A DNA stretch of 64,000 bases from Clostridia bacterium (GTDB lineage: Bacteria; Bacillota; Clostridia; Christensenellales; Aristaeellaceae). The notes beneath the pieces were generated by a model that was given only the letters and a program-made list of their open reading frames with translations, did no database searches and was not told the origin of the DNA. Position 1 is the stretch's first letter, and each line of letters opens with the position of its first letter. The position numbers and the translations under genes were made by a program. Below are positions 46,789 through 54,288 of the stretch, piece by piece. The DNA lies in contig JAFWQU010000023.1 in assembly GCA_017508975.1 (NCBI GenBank), forward strand, positions 16,075 to 80,074, given 5' to 3'.

Positions 46789-47778
46789 ATGAATCTGAAA
46801 GGACGCAGCTTTCTGACGCTGCTGGACTATACCCCGGAGGAGATCACGGAGCTGCTGGATCTTGCGGCCTCCCTCAAGGCGCAGAAAAAGGCGGGCATCA
46901 CCCACCGTTTCTGCGAGGGAAAGAATGTCGCGCTGATCTTCGAGAAGACCTCCACCCGCACCCGCTGCGCCTTCGAGGTGGCCGCGGCGGACCTGGGCAT
47001 GCACCCGGTCTACCTGGACCCCAAGAGCAGCCAGATCGGCAAGAAGGAGTCGATCCCGGACACCGCGCGGGTGCTGGGCCGGATGTTCGACGGCATCGAG
47101 TACCGCGGCTTCGGTCAGGAGATCGTGGAGGCGCTGGCGGAGTACTCCGGCGTGCCGGTCTGGAACGGCCTGACCAACGAGTACCACCCCACGCAGATTC
47201 TGGCGGACTTCCTGACCGTCCGCGAGCACTTTGGGAGCCTGAAGGACCGCAAGCTGGTCTACCTCGGCGACGCGCGCTACAACATGGGTGACTCCCTGAT
47301 GGTCGGCTGCGCGAAGATGGGGATGCGCTTCGTGGCCTGCGCGCCGGAGAAGTATTTCCCGAACCCGGACCTGATCGCGAAGTGTCAGGCGATCGCCGCG
47401 GAGACCGGCGCGGAGCTGGCCTTCGAGACGGATCCGGAGAAGGCGGTGGCGGGTGCGGACGTCCTCTACACGGACGTCTGGGTCTCGATGGGCGAGCCGG
47501 ACGAGGTCTGGGCGGAGCGGATCGCCGATCTGACGCCCTACCGGGTGACGGAGAAGCTCATGGCCGCTGCCGGCCCCCAGTGCCGCTTCATGCACTGCCT
47601 GCCCGCGTTCCACGACCTGAAGACCGCCATCGGCCGCGAGATCTACGAAAAGTTCGGCATCGAATGCATGGAGGTGGAGGACGCGGTCTTTGAGGGCCCG
47701 CAGTCCATCGTCTTCGACGAGGCGGAGAACCGCATGCACACGATCAAGGCCGTGATGGCCGCGACTCTGGGAATCTGA
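46789..47778 (+). CDS. argF: Ornithine carbamoyltransferase
   Basis: ORF track 46765..47778. I set the start at [19 protein letters not shown] (46789). STRTR, HPTQ and HCLP motifs are all present. Confidence 0.93.
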   Translation: MNLKGRSFLTLLDYTPEEITELLDLAASLKAQKKAGITHRFCEGKNVALIFEKTSTRTRCAFEVAAADLGMHPVYLDPKSSQIGKKESIPDTARVLGRMFDGIEYRGFGQEIVEALAEYSGVPVWNGLTNEYHPTQILADFLTVREHFGSLKDRKLVYLGDARYNMGDSLMVGCAKMGMRFVACAPEKYFPNPDLIAKCQAIAAETGAELAFETDPEKAVAGADVLYTDVWVSMGEPDEVWAERIADLTPYRVTEKLMAAAGPQCRFMHCLPAFHDLKTAIGREIYEKFGIECMEVEDAVFEGPQSIVFDEAENRMHTIKAVMAATLGI

Positions 47779-47813
47779 AGCCGGTTTCAAGCAAAGGCTG
47801 CAAATCCAGCAAC

Positions 47814-47930
47814 AGCATGTATCCGAAGGTCCAGGGCGATCGGAAAGCCCTGGTCGCGGCCCGCAGGCCGCGAAATCTCCCTGTTGACATTTAGCACACG
47901 ATACTGAGATCAGTATGAGATCAGTATCAG
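47814..47930 (-). repeat. RPT-A copy 13 (core 47823-47879), reverse orientation, with a duplicated distal end
   Basis: Canonical core. The distal arm ends in the duplication GATACTGAGATCAGTATGAGATCAGTATCAG. It lies between the argF stop and the bidirectional terminator. Confidence 0.95.
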
Positions 47931-47949
47931 AATGAACTGGGACCAAATG

Positions 47950-47982
47950 AAAGGGACCTCCTCGCGGAGGCCCCTTTTGTTT
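47950..47982. terminator. Bidirectional terminator between argF and the PrsA-like gene
   Basis: GGGACCTCC-tcgc-GGAGGCCCC (one mismatch) is followed by TTTTGTTT on the plus strand. The minus strand has TTTCATTT. Confidence 0.65.
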
Positions 47983-47991
47983 GGGGTGAAA

Positions 47992-49473
47992 TCAGTCGTC
48001 CAGCACCTTCAGGTCCGCCAGGGTAACCTGAGCGGCGTCGACCCACTGCTGCACCTGGTTGTCATAGAAGGTATCCTTCTTGGTGGAGAGCAGCTCGCTG
48101 CGGATGGCCTCGGAAACCCCGGCCAGGTCCACAGTGCCCTCGGCCACATCGCCGACGTATTGGGCAACCACGAAGCCGTCCTTGGTGCGGACGGGCTCGG
48201 TCACGCTGCCGGCTTCTGTCAGCGCCATCACGGCCGCGACGGTCTCGGAAGCGGGCGTGGTGCCGGTGTAGCCCTCGCAGACCGCATAGGTGGAAGCGGT
48301 CTCACCCTCGGCGGGGGACATGTTGGGATCCCCGTTGTACTCGGCGGACAGGGTATCCCAGTCGCCGCCGTCCTTCAGGGCGGTGTACAGCTCCTGCGCC
48401 TTGGGCTCCACGGCGGCGTAGGCGGCGGTCTCAACCTCGGCGCGCTTGGCCTCGTAGGCGGCCTTCAGGGCGCGGGCTTCGGCCAGGGACTTGGCGTCCG
48501 CGGCCACGCTCTCCTCGACGCCCTCGCCGAAGGCGGTCTCGCTGCTGACCACGGTCAGGGCGGAGACGCTGCCGTCCTCACGGTTGAGGATCTCGTCGGT
48601 GGAGAGGGTGACGGTCACCTGGTCCACCAGCTCATCCACGTTCTCTACGCCGGCGGTGGTCAGGTTGCCGGTCAGGGTATTGATCGCGCTGTTCTGGGCG
48701 CTGATGCGGGAATCCAGGCCGCTGAGCAGTTTGTCATCGATCTCGCCGAACTCCACGAGGATCCACTTGACCTCGCGGTAGCCGGCCGGCCGGTAGTAAA
48801 CCGTGCTGCCGCCGTTGACGCTCTTGCCGTAGGCGCTCAGGTCGCTCTCGTAGCTGGTCTTCGCGTTGGCCACGCGGGTGTCGAACTCCGCCTGGACTTC
48901 CTCGTCGGTGACGGCAACGCTCTGGGTGACGAAATCCTTGAAACGGTTGGTGCGCAGGGACTCCAGCTTCTGGGCGCGCAGACCCTCCAGATCGGTGCCG
49001 AGCATCTCGGCGGTCTGGCGGTCAATCTCCGCCTGCAGCTCGTCGCCCTCCAGCTCGGAGCCGGACAGGTAGTAGTTCTGGATGAACTCGGAGTAGGTGC
49101 GCCAGGTATCCTGAACCTCGGCCTCGTCGGTCTCCGTGAGGGCGAGCTCCGGCTGGCCGGCCTCGAACTCCTTCATGTGCTGCGCGATAACTTCGTTCTT
49201 CTTCATGTCCCCGATCACGAGATCACGGGCACTTTTGATCAGATCGGGGTTGCTCGTGTCGATATTGCCGCCGTAGTAGGAGCGGTAATAGGCCGCGTAT
49301 TCTGCCACATAATCCTCGACCGCCTCGTTTACCTGCCCCTTGGTGAAGACCGTGCCGTTGACGGTGAGCACGGGGGTCGCCGCGTCCACCTCGGGGTCTT
49401 TCACGATCAGGGAACAGCTGCTGAGCAGCAGGCAGGCCGCCAGGAGGCAGGCCAGCAAAGCGCGCTTTTGCAT
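47992..49473 (-). CDS. SurA N-terminal domain / PrsA-like chaperone lipoprotein
   Basis: ORF track 47992..49551. I set the start at MQKRALLACLLAACLLLSSCS (49473, lipobox LSSC). It has a SurA_N-like N-terminus. I could not identify a parvulin PPIase signature with confidence. Confidence 0.6.
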   Translation of the reverse strand: MQKRALLACLLAACLLLSSCSLIVKDPEVDAATPVLTVNGTVFTKGQVNEAVEDYVAEYAAYYRSYYGGNIDTSNPDLIKSARDLVIGDMKKNEVIAQHMKEFEAGQPELALTETDEAEVQDTWRTYSEFIQNYYLSGSELEGDELQAEIDRQTAEMLGTDLEGLRAQKLESLRTNRFKDFVTQSVAVTDEEVQAEFDTRVANAKTSYESDLSAYGKSVNGGSTVYYRPAGYREVKWILVEFGEIDDKLLSGLDSRISAQNSAINTLTGNLTTAGVENVDELVDQVTVTLSTDEILNREDGSVSALTVVSSETAFGEGVEESVAADAKSLAEARALKAAYEAKRAEVETAAYAAVEPKAQELYTALKDGGDWDTLSAEYNGDPNMSPAEGETASTYAVCEGYTGTTPASETVAAVMALTEAGSVTEPVRTKDGFVVAQYVGDVAEGTVDLAGVSEAIRSELLSTKKDTFYDNQVQQWVDAAQVTLADLKVLDD

Positions 49474-49670
49474 AGGACGTCTCTCCATTCTTATAGGTTC
49501 TTTCAGGGGTTCCCCGGCATTATAGCGCATGTTGGCCGTTCGCGCAAGCAAGAAAAACGATCCGGAGGGATCCGGAACGGAAAAAGCCGAAAAAACTTGC
49601 GCTGAGAGGCAAAATCGGGTAAACTGACAGGGATGGATCCACGGGGTTCATTTTAGGAGGAGGGGTCGCT

Positions 49671-50813
49671 ATGCCGTTTATCCGCAAGATCGTTGTGACC
49701 GGCGGGCCGTGCGCGGGAAAAACCACGGGCCTGAGCTGGATTCAGAATGCTTTCTCCCAGCGGGGATGGCGGGTGCTGATCGTTCCGGAGACGGCCACGG
49801 AGCTGATCTCCGGCGGCGTGACGCCCTGGACCTGCGGCACGAACCTGGACTACCAGCTGGGCCAGATGCGCCTGCAGGTGACCAAGGAGCAGATCTTTCT
49901 CGCGGCTGCGCAGAGTATGCCGGACGAGAAGATTCTGCTGGTCTGCGACCGCGGCGCGCTGGACAACAAGGCGTATATGAACGCCGAGGAGTTCGCCACG
50001 GTGCTGCGGACGCTGCAGCTGGACGAGATGGAGCTGCGGGACAGCTACGACGCCGTGTTCCACCTGGAGACGGCGGCCAAGGGCGCGGTGGACGCCTACA
50101 CCCTGGCCAACAACCAGGCGCGCTACGAGACGGCGGACGAGGCCTGCGCGCTCGACGACCGGATCATCGCGGCCTGGACCGGACACCAGCATCTGCGCGT
50201 GATCGGCAACGCGATGGATTTCGAGAACAAGCTCAAGCGGCTCCTGTGGGAGATCGGCTCCGCCATCGGCGCGGACGAGCACTTCGAGATCGAGCGGAAG
50301 TTCCTGATCGCCACCCCGGACATCGCCTGGCTGGAGCAGCAGCCCAACTGCCACCGGGTGGAGATCATCCAGACCTACCTGCGCACGGAGGAGGGCATCG
50401 AGAAGCGGGTCCGCCAGCGCGGCGAGAACGGCCACTTCCTCTACTACGAGACCACCAAGAAGCCCATCAGCGGCGTGAAGCGCGTGGAGACCGAGCGGCG
50501 GCTGACCTCGAAGGAGTATCTCGAACTGTTGATGAACGCGGACACCACCCGCCGGCAGCTGCGGAAGACGCGCTTCTGCTATACCTGGAAGAAGCAGAGC
50601 TTTGAGATCGACATCTACCCCTTCTGGCAGCACCAGGCGGTGGTGGAGATCGAACTGCAGACCGAGGACGACCCGATCTATTTCCCGCCGGAACTGCATA
50701 TCCTGCGCGAGGTGACGGACGATCCGGCGTACAAGAACGCCGCCCTGGCGCTGCAGATTCCGGAGGAGGAGCCCATCAGCTCAGACGCAGCGCCTTCCGG
50801 AGCCGCAGACTGA
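49671..50813 (+). CDS. Fusion protein: P-loop NTPase (AAA_28/NadR-kinase-like) + CYTH (triphosphate tunnel metalloenzyme) domain
   Basis: ORF 380 aa. The N-terminus IVVTGGPCAGKTT is a Walker A. The second half begins FEIERKFLI (the ExExK CYTH signature) and continues with alternating charged beta-strands (EIIQTYL, VRQRGE, FEIDIYP, VVEIEL). Confidence 0.75.
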   Translation: MPFIRKIVVTGGPCAGKTTGLSWIQNAFSQRGWRVLIVPETATELISGGVTPWTCGTNLDYQLGQMRLQVTKEQIFLAAAQSMPDEKILLVCDRGALDNKAYMNAEEFATVLRTLQLDEMELRDSYDAVFHLETAAKGAVDAYTLANNQARYETADEACALDDRIIAAWTGHQHLRVIGNAMDFENKLKRLLWEIGSAIGADEHFEIERKFLIATPDIAWLEQQPNCHRVEIIQTYLRTEEGIEKRVRQRGENGHFLYYETTKKPISGVKRVETERRLTSKEYLELLMNADTTRRQLRKTRFCYTWKKQSFEIDIYPFWQHQAVVEIELQTEDDPIYFPPELHILREVTDDPAYKNAALALQIPEEEPISSDAAPSGAAD

Positions 50814-51312
50814 GCAGCACAGCCAGGGCGATCTTGACCGCGTCCCAGGGCAGGAAGGGCCATACGCACAGCCGCAGGCAGACCGACAGGCTGACCTGCT
50901 GGCTGATGAGAAACCAGACGGTGCCCAGCGCGTAGCAGGCGAGCACCCCCGCCGCCATCGCGGCCGCCTGCACCTGCCAGGCGGCGCCCCAGCGGCGGAT
51001 GCCCGCGGAGACCAGCACCGCGGCCGGGAGATAGCCCAGCAGATAGCCGCCCGTGGGCCCCAGCAGCTTGCCGAGTCCGCTGCCGAAGCCGGAGAAAACC
51101 GGCACGCCCACCGCTCCCAGAAGCAGATAGGCCGCGAGGCTGAGCGCGGCCTCGCCCGGCGGCAGCAGCGCGCCGGCCAGCAGCACCGGCAGAAGCGAGA
51201 GCGAGAAGGGGACCGGTCCGAGATTCAGCGTGAGCTGCGAGCACAGGGCGACCAGCGCGGTGAACAGCGCGCAGCGGGCGAGCGCTCCGGCGGAGCGGGA
51301 ACTACGGCGCAT
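50776..51312 (-). CDS. bioY: Biotin transporter BioY (ECF S-component)
   Basis: ORF 178 aa, six hydrophobic helices, with PVPFSLSLLPVLLAG and GPTGGYLLGY motifs typical of BioY. Confidence 0.85.
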   Translation of the reverse strand: MRRSSRSAGALARCALFTALVALCSQLTLNLGPVPFSLSLLPVLLAGALLPPGEAALSLAAYLLLGAVGVPVFSGFGSGLGKLLGPTGGYLLGYLPAAVLVSAGIRRWGAAWQVQAAAMAAGVLACYALGTVWFLISQQVSLSVCLRLCVWPFLPWDAVKIALAVLLSLRLRKALRLS

Positions 51313-51327
51313 GAGGAAACCTCCTTT

Positions 51328-51359
51328 GCGTAAACCGGAAGTACGGATCCGGTTTACGC
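51328..51359. promoter_or_regulatory. Candidate BirA operator upstream of bioY
   Basis: GCGTAAACCGG-N10-CCGGTTTACGC, that is GTAAACC-N14-GGTTTAC. This matches the classical TGTAAACC-N14/15-GGTTTACA biotin operator architecture and lies 16 nt upstream of the bioY start. Confidence 0.6.
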
Positions 51360-51411
51360 ATTATCCCTTTTTTTCGGTGAATTGTCAACCAGGAGCGCGG
51401 GAGATGAGCGA

Positions 51412-52845
51412 TTGAGCACCCGAAAAAACACCCTCTACAATGTAGCCTACCGGATGTTCTCGGTGCTGCTGCCGCTGGTGACGGCGCCCTTCCTCTCCCG
51501 GACGGTGGGCCAGGCGGGCGTCGGCCTGTACAGTTACGCCTGGAACATCAGCTACTTTTTCTGCCTGGTGGCGATGCTGGGCCTGGAGAACTACGGCACC
51601 CGGGCGATCGCGGCCTGCCGGGAGCGGCCGGAGGAGCTCAACCGCACCTTCAGCGGCATCTGGCGGATGCAATTGTGCGTCGCGGGCGCGGTGCTGGCCG
51701 TCTGGCTGGTGTATGTGCTGGCGGTGGCGGACGAGGAGCGGACAATCGCCTGGCCGCTGACGATGATGTCCGTGTCCTGCCTGATCAACCTGGACTGGGC
51801 GCTGATGGGCCTGGAGCAGTTCCGGCCGATCGCCCTGCGCAACACGGCGGTCAAGCTGATCGCCGCGGCCTGCGTCTTCCTGCTGATCCGGAGCAAGGAC
51901 GATCTGTGGATCTACGGCTTCGCCTGGTCCGCGGCGACCCTGGTGGGCTGCCTGCTGAGCGCCGCCTCCCTGCGGGGCAGGGTGCGTCTCGTGCCCGTGT
52001 CCCGGTCCGAGGTGCAGCGCCACCTGCGGCCCTGCGCGCTGCTGGCGGTCTCGGTGATCGCGGTGAGTGTCTACCGGACGATGGACAAGGTCATGGTCGG
52101 CGCGATGGCGGGCATGGAACAGAACGGCCTGTACGAGAACGCGGAGAAGATCGTCTACTGCCTCTCCGGGTTCATCTCCGCGGTGGGCACGGTGATGCTG
52201 CCGAAGATCTCCGCCCTGCAGAAGAAGGGCGAGACGGAGCGGATCCGCGTGCACATGGACAAGACCATGCAGGCGATCCTCTGCATGACCGGCGCGATGG
52301 CCTTCGGGCTGGCGGCGGTGGCGGACCGGCTCTGTCCGCTGTTCTACGGCGAGGACTTCACGGGTTCCGCCCCGCTGATGGTGCCCCTCGGCTTCACGCT
52401 GATGATGATCGGCTTCGCGAATGTGGTCCGCACCCAGTGGATCCTGCCGCAGGAGCGCGACCGGGTGGTGGTGCGCAGCGTCTGCGCCGGCGCGGCGGTG
52501 AACCTCGCCGCCAACCTGCTGCTGATCCCCCGGATGCAGGCGATGGGCGCGGTGGTGGGCACGCTCCTGGCGGAGTTCACGGTGCCGCTGGCCCAGGCGA
52601 TTCAGCTCCGGGGCGAGCTGCCCTACCGGCGCTACCTGGCGCATGTGGCGACCTATGCGGTGCCGGGCCTCGCGATGCTCGGGGCGGTGCGGCTGCTGGG
52701 CCGCTGGGTGCCGGTCAGCTGGCCGGGACTGGTCCTGCAGATGGCGGTGGGCGCCGCCCTGTACGGCGCGCTCTGCCTGGGCTGGTGGAAAATCACGAAA
52801 AACCCGCTTCTGCGATTGCTCAAGCGGAACGGAGGAAAACCATGA
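51412..52845 (+). CDS. Oligosaccharide flippase (MOP/Wzx family polysaccharide biosynthesis protein)
   Basis: ORF track 51382..52845 (TTG). It has about 12-14 TM helices with a Wzx-like N-terminus (NTLYNVAYRMFSVLLPLVTAPFLSRTVG). The start is uncertain (TTG 51382 or TTG 51412). Confidence 0.75.
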   Translation: MSTRKNTLYNVAYRMFSVLLPLVTAPFLSRTVGQAGVGLYSYAWNISYFFCLVAMLGLENYGTRAIAACRERPEELNRTFSGIWRMQLCVAGAVLAVWLVYVLAVADEERTIAWPLTMMSVSCLINLDWALMGLEQFRPIALRNTAVKLIAAACVFLLIRSKDDLWIYGFAWSAATLVGCLLSAASLRGRVRLVPVSRSEVQRHLRPCALLAVSVIAVSVYRTMDKVMVGAMAGMEQNGLYENAEKIVYCLSGFISAVGTVMLPKISALQKKGETERIRVHMDKTMQAILCMTGAMAFGLAAVADRLCPLFYGEDFTGSAPLMVPLGFTLMMIGFANVVRTQWILPQERDRVVVRSVCAGAAVNLAANLLLIPRMQAMGAVVGTLLAEFTVPLAQAIQLRGELPYRRYLAHVATYAVPGLAMLGAVRLLGRWVPVSWPGLVLQMAVGAALYGALCLGWWKITKNPLLRLLKRNGGKP

Positions 52846-54287
52846 GAAGACTGGCAATCTGGACGCTGCTGCTCCTGCTGCTGGGCGGTGTGGCCTGTGC
52901 CCGCGCGGAGAAGATGGTGACGCTGACCTTCACCGGGGACTGCACCCTGGGCTCGGAGGAGCGGAAGCGCGCGCAGCCTGCCTCCTTCGACAGCAAGGCG
53001 GCGGAGATGGGCTACGACTATTTCTTCCGGAATTACCAGGAGCTTTTCGCCGCGGACGACGCGACCATCATCAACCTGGAGGGCGTGCTCTCCGATTCCC
53101 CCGCGGAGGAGAACAAGACCAAGACCTACCGTTTCCGCGGCCCGCGGGAGTTCGTGAATATTATCAAGAGCGTCTCCATCGAGGCGGCGGTGCTGGCCAA
53201 CAACCACACCCAGGACTACGGCAAGCAGGGTCTGGAGAGCACCAAGGACACCCTGGAGGGCGAGGGTATCCTCTGGGGACGGCTCAACAAAATTCTCTAT
53301 ATCGACAAGGGCGATATCCGCGTGGCCGTAATCTCCATGGATTCCGGCAGCCTGAACAGCAGCTTTGACTGGCTGAACAGCGAGATCGTGCGGCTCAAGC
53401 AGGAGAAGCTGGCGGACGCGGTGGTGATCGTCTATCACGGCGGCTCGGAGTACGCGGCCCGGCACAACGACACCCAGCAGCGCTATGTGGACAACTGGAC
53501 GAAGCGGGGCGCGGACCTGGTGATCATGCACCACCCCCATGTGGTGCAGGGCATCGGTCTGGTCCACGGGCGGACGGTCTGCTATTCCCTGGGTAATTTC
53601 GTCTTCGGCGGCAACTGCGAGATCCGAACGGATTTCTGGCGCGATATCTACAATGTGACGGCGCTTTACGCCCTGGTGGTGCAGGTGGATCTGTACTTCT
53701 CCGACGACGGCGAATACCAGGGCCAGCAGGTGCGCCTGTATCCGACGTTCATCTCCGGGTCCGCGGACGAGACCGTCAACGACTATCAGCCGCGCCTGGT
53801 GAGCGGCGCGGAGGCGGGACGGGTGCTGGAGGCGGTCCAGTACGACACGCCCTTCATGCTGCCCGTGCCCGACGAGACCGGCTGCGTGCACCTGCCCTAC
53901 CTGCGGGCGGACGGCAGCACGCACGCGCCGCGCGTCCGGAACGTACTGGCGAAGGCCGAGGAAAAGAAGGAGACTACGGAACCCGAACCGGTCCCCGCGA
54001 TGGAGCCCGGGACCCGGACGATCCGCCTGACGCCCGGCGGCATGGTGCTCGAGACCGAACCGGAGTGGACCGGGGTGACGCAGGAGGCCGCGCCCGTGCA
54101 GGAGCAGGCTCCGGAGGAACAGACGGTGGAGGTGACCGGGACCGCGGTGCTCCCGGAGGGTGCCTGGCATCATCCGCCGGCCCAGAAGGTGGAGCGGACC
54201 CGGAAGTACCTGATTCAGCCGTCGCAGAGCGGCGGGAAGAACGAGGGCGGACAGTCCTCGGAACCGATCATAGAGCAGGGGGACTGA
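52842..54287 (+). CDS. CapA family (PGA_cap, metallophosphatase-like) secreted protein with a long low-complexity C-terminal extension
   Basis: This is the C-terminal 481 aa of ORF 51675..54287. I set the start at MRRLAIWTLLLLLLGGVACA (ATG 52842, overlapping the flippase stop as ATGA). CapA-like motifs are LTFTGDC, VLANNHTQDYG and IVYHGGSEY..MHHPHVVQG. Confidence 0.8.
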   Translation: MRRLAIWTLLLLLLGGVACARAEKMVTLTFTGDCTLGSEERKRAQPASFDSKAAEMGYDYFFRNYQELFAADDATIINLEGVLSDSPAEENKTKTYRFRGPREFVNIIKSVSIEAAVLANNHTQDYGKQGLESTKDTLEGEGILWGRLNKILYIDKGDIRVAVISMDSGSLNSSFDWLNSEIVRLKQEKLADAVVIVYHGGSEYAARHNDTQQRYVDNWTKRGADLVIMHHPHVVQGIGLVHGRTVCYSLGNFVFGGNCEIRTDFWRDIYNVTALYALVVQVDLYFSDDGEYQGQQVRLYPTFISGSADETVNDYQPRLVSGAEAGRVLEAVQYDTPFMLPVPDETGCVHLPYLRADGSTHAPRVRNVLAKAEEKKETTEPEPVPAMEPGTRTIRLTPGGMVLETEPEWTGVTQEAAPVQEQAPEEQTVEVTGTAVLPEGAWHHPPAQKVERTRKYLIQPSQSGGKNEGGQSSEPIIEQGD

Positions 54288-54288
54288 C

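Noticed and set aside
47823-47879. Hammerhead-like look of the RPT-A RNA strand (..CUGGUC-[GC hairpin]-GAAAUC..).
   Set aside because: The catalytic core CUGANGA is not present (CUGGUC instead), and no stem I/III partners could be identified. The resemblance is superficial.
47879-47915. Perfect TTGACA in the RPT-A distal arm as a mobile outward-facing -35 box (also in copies 6 and 10, with TTGACG in copies 2 and 4).
   Set aside because: No acceptable -10 hexamer lies at 16-19 nt (AGATCA, TGAGAT and the like). Several copies point into convergent gene ends, where a promoter makes no sense.
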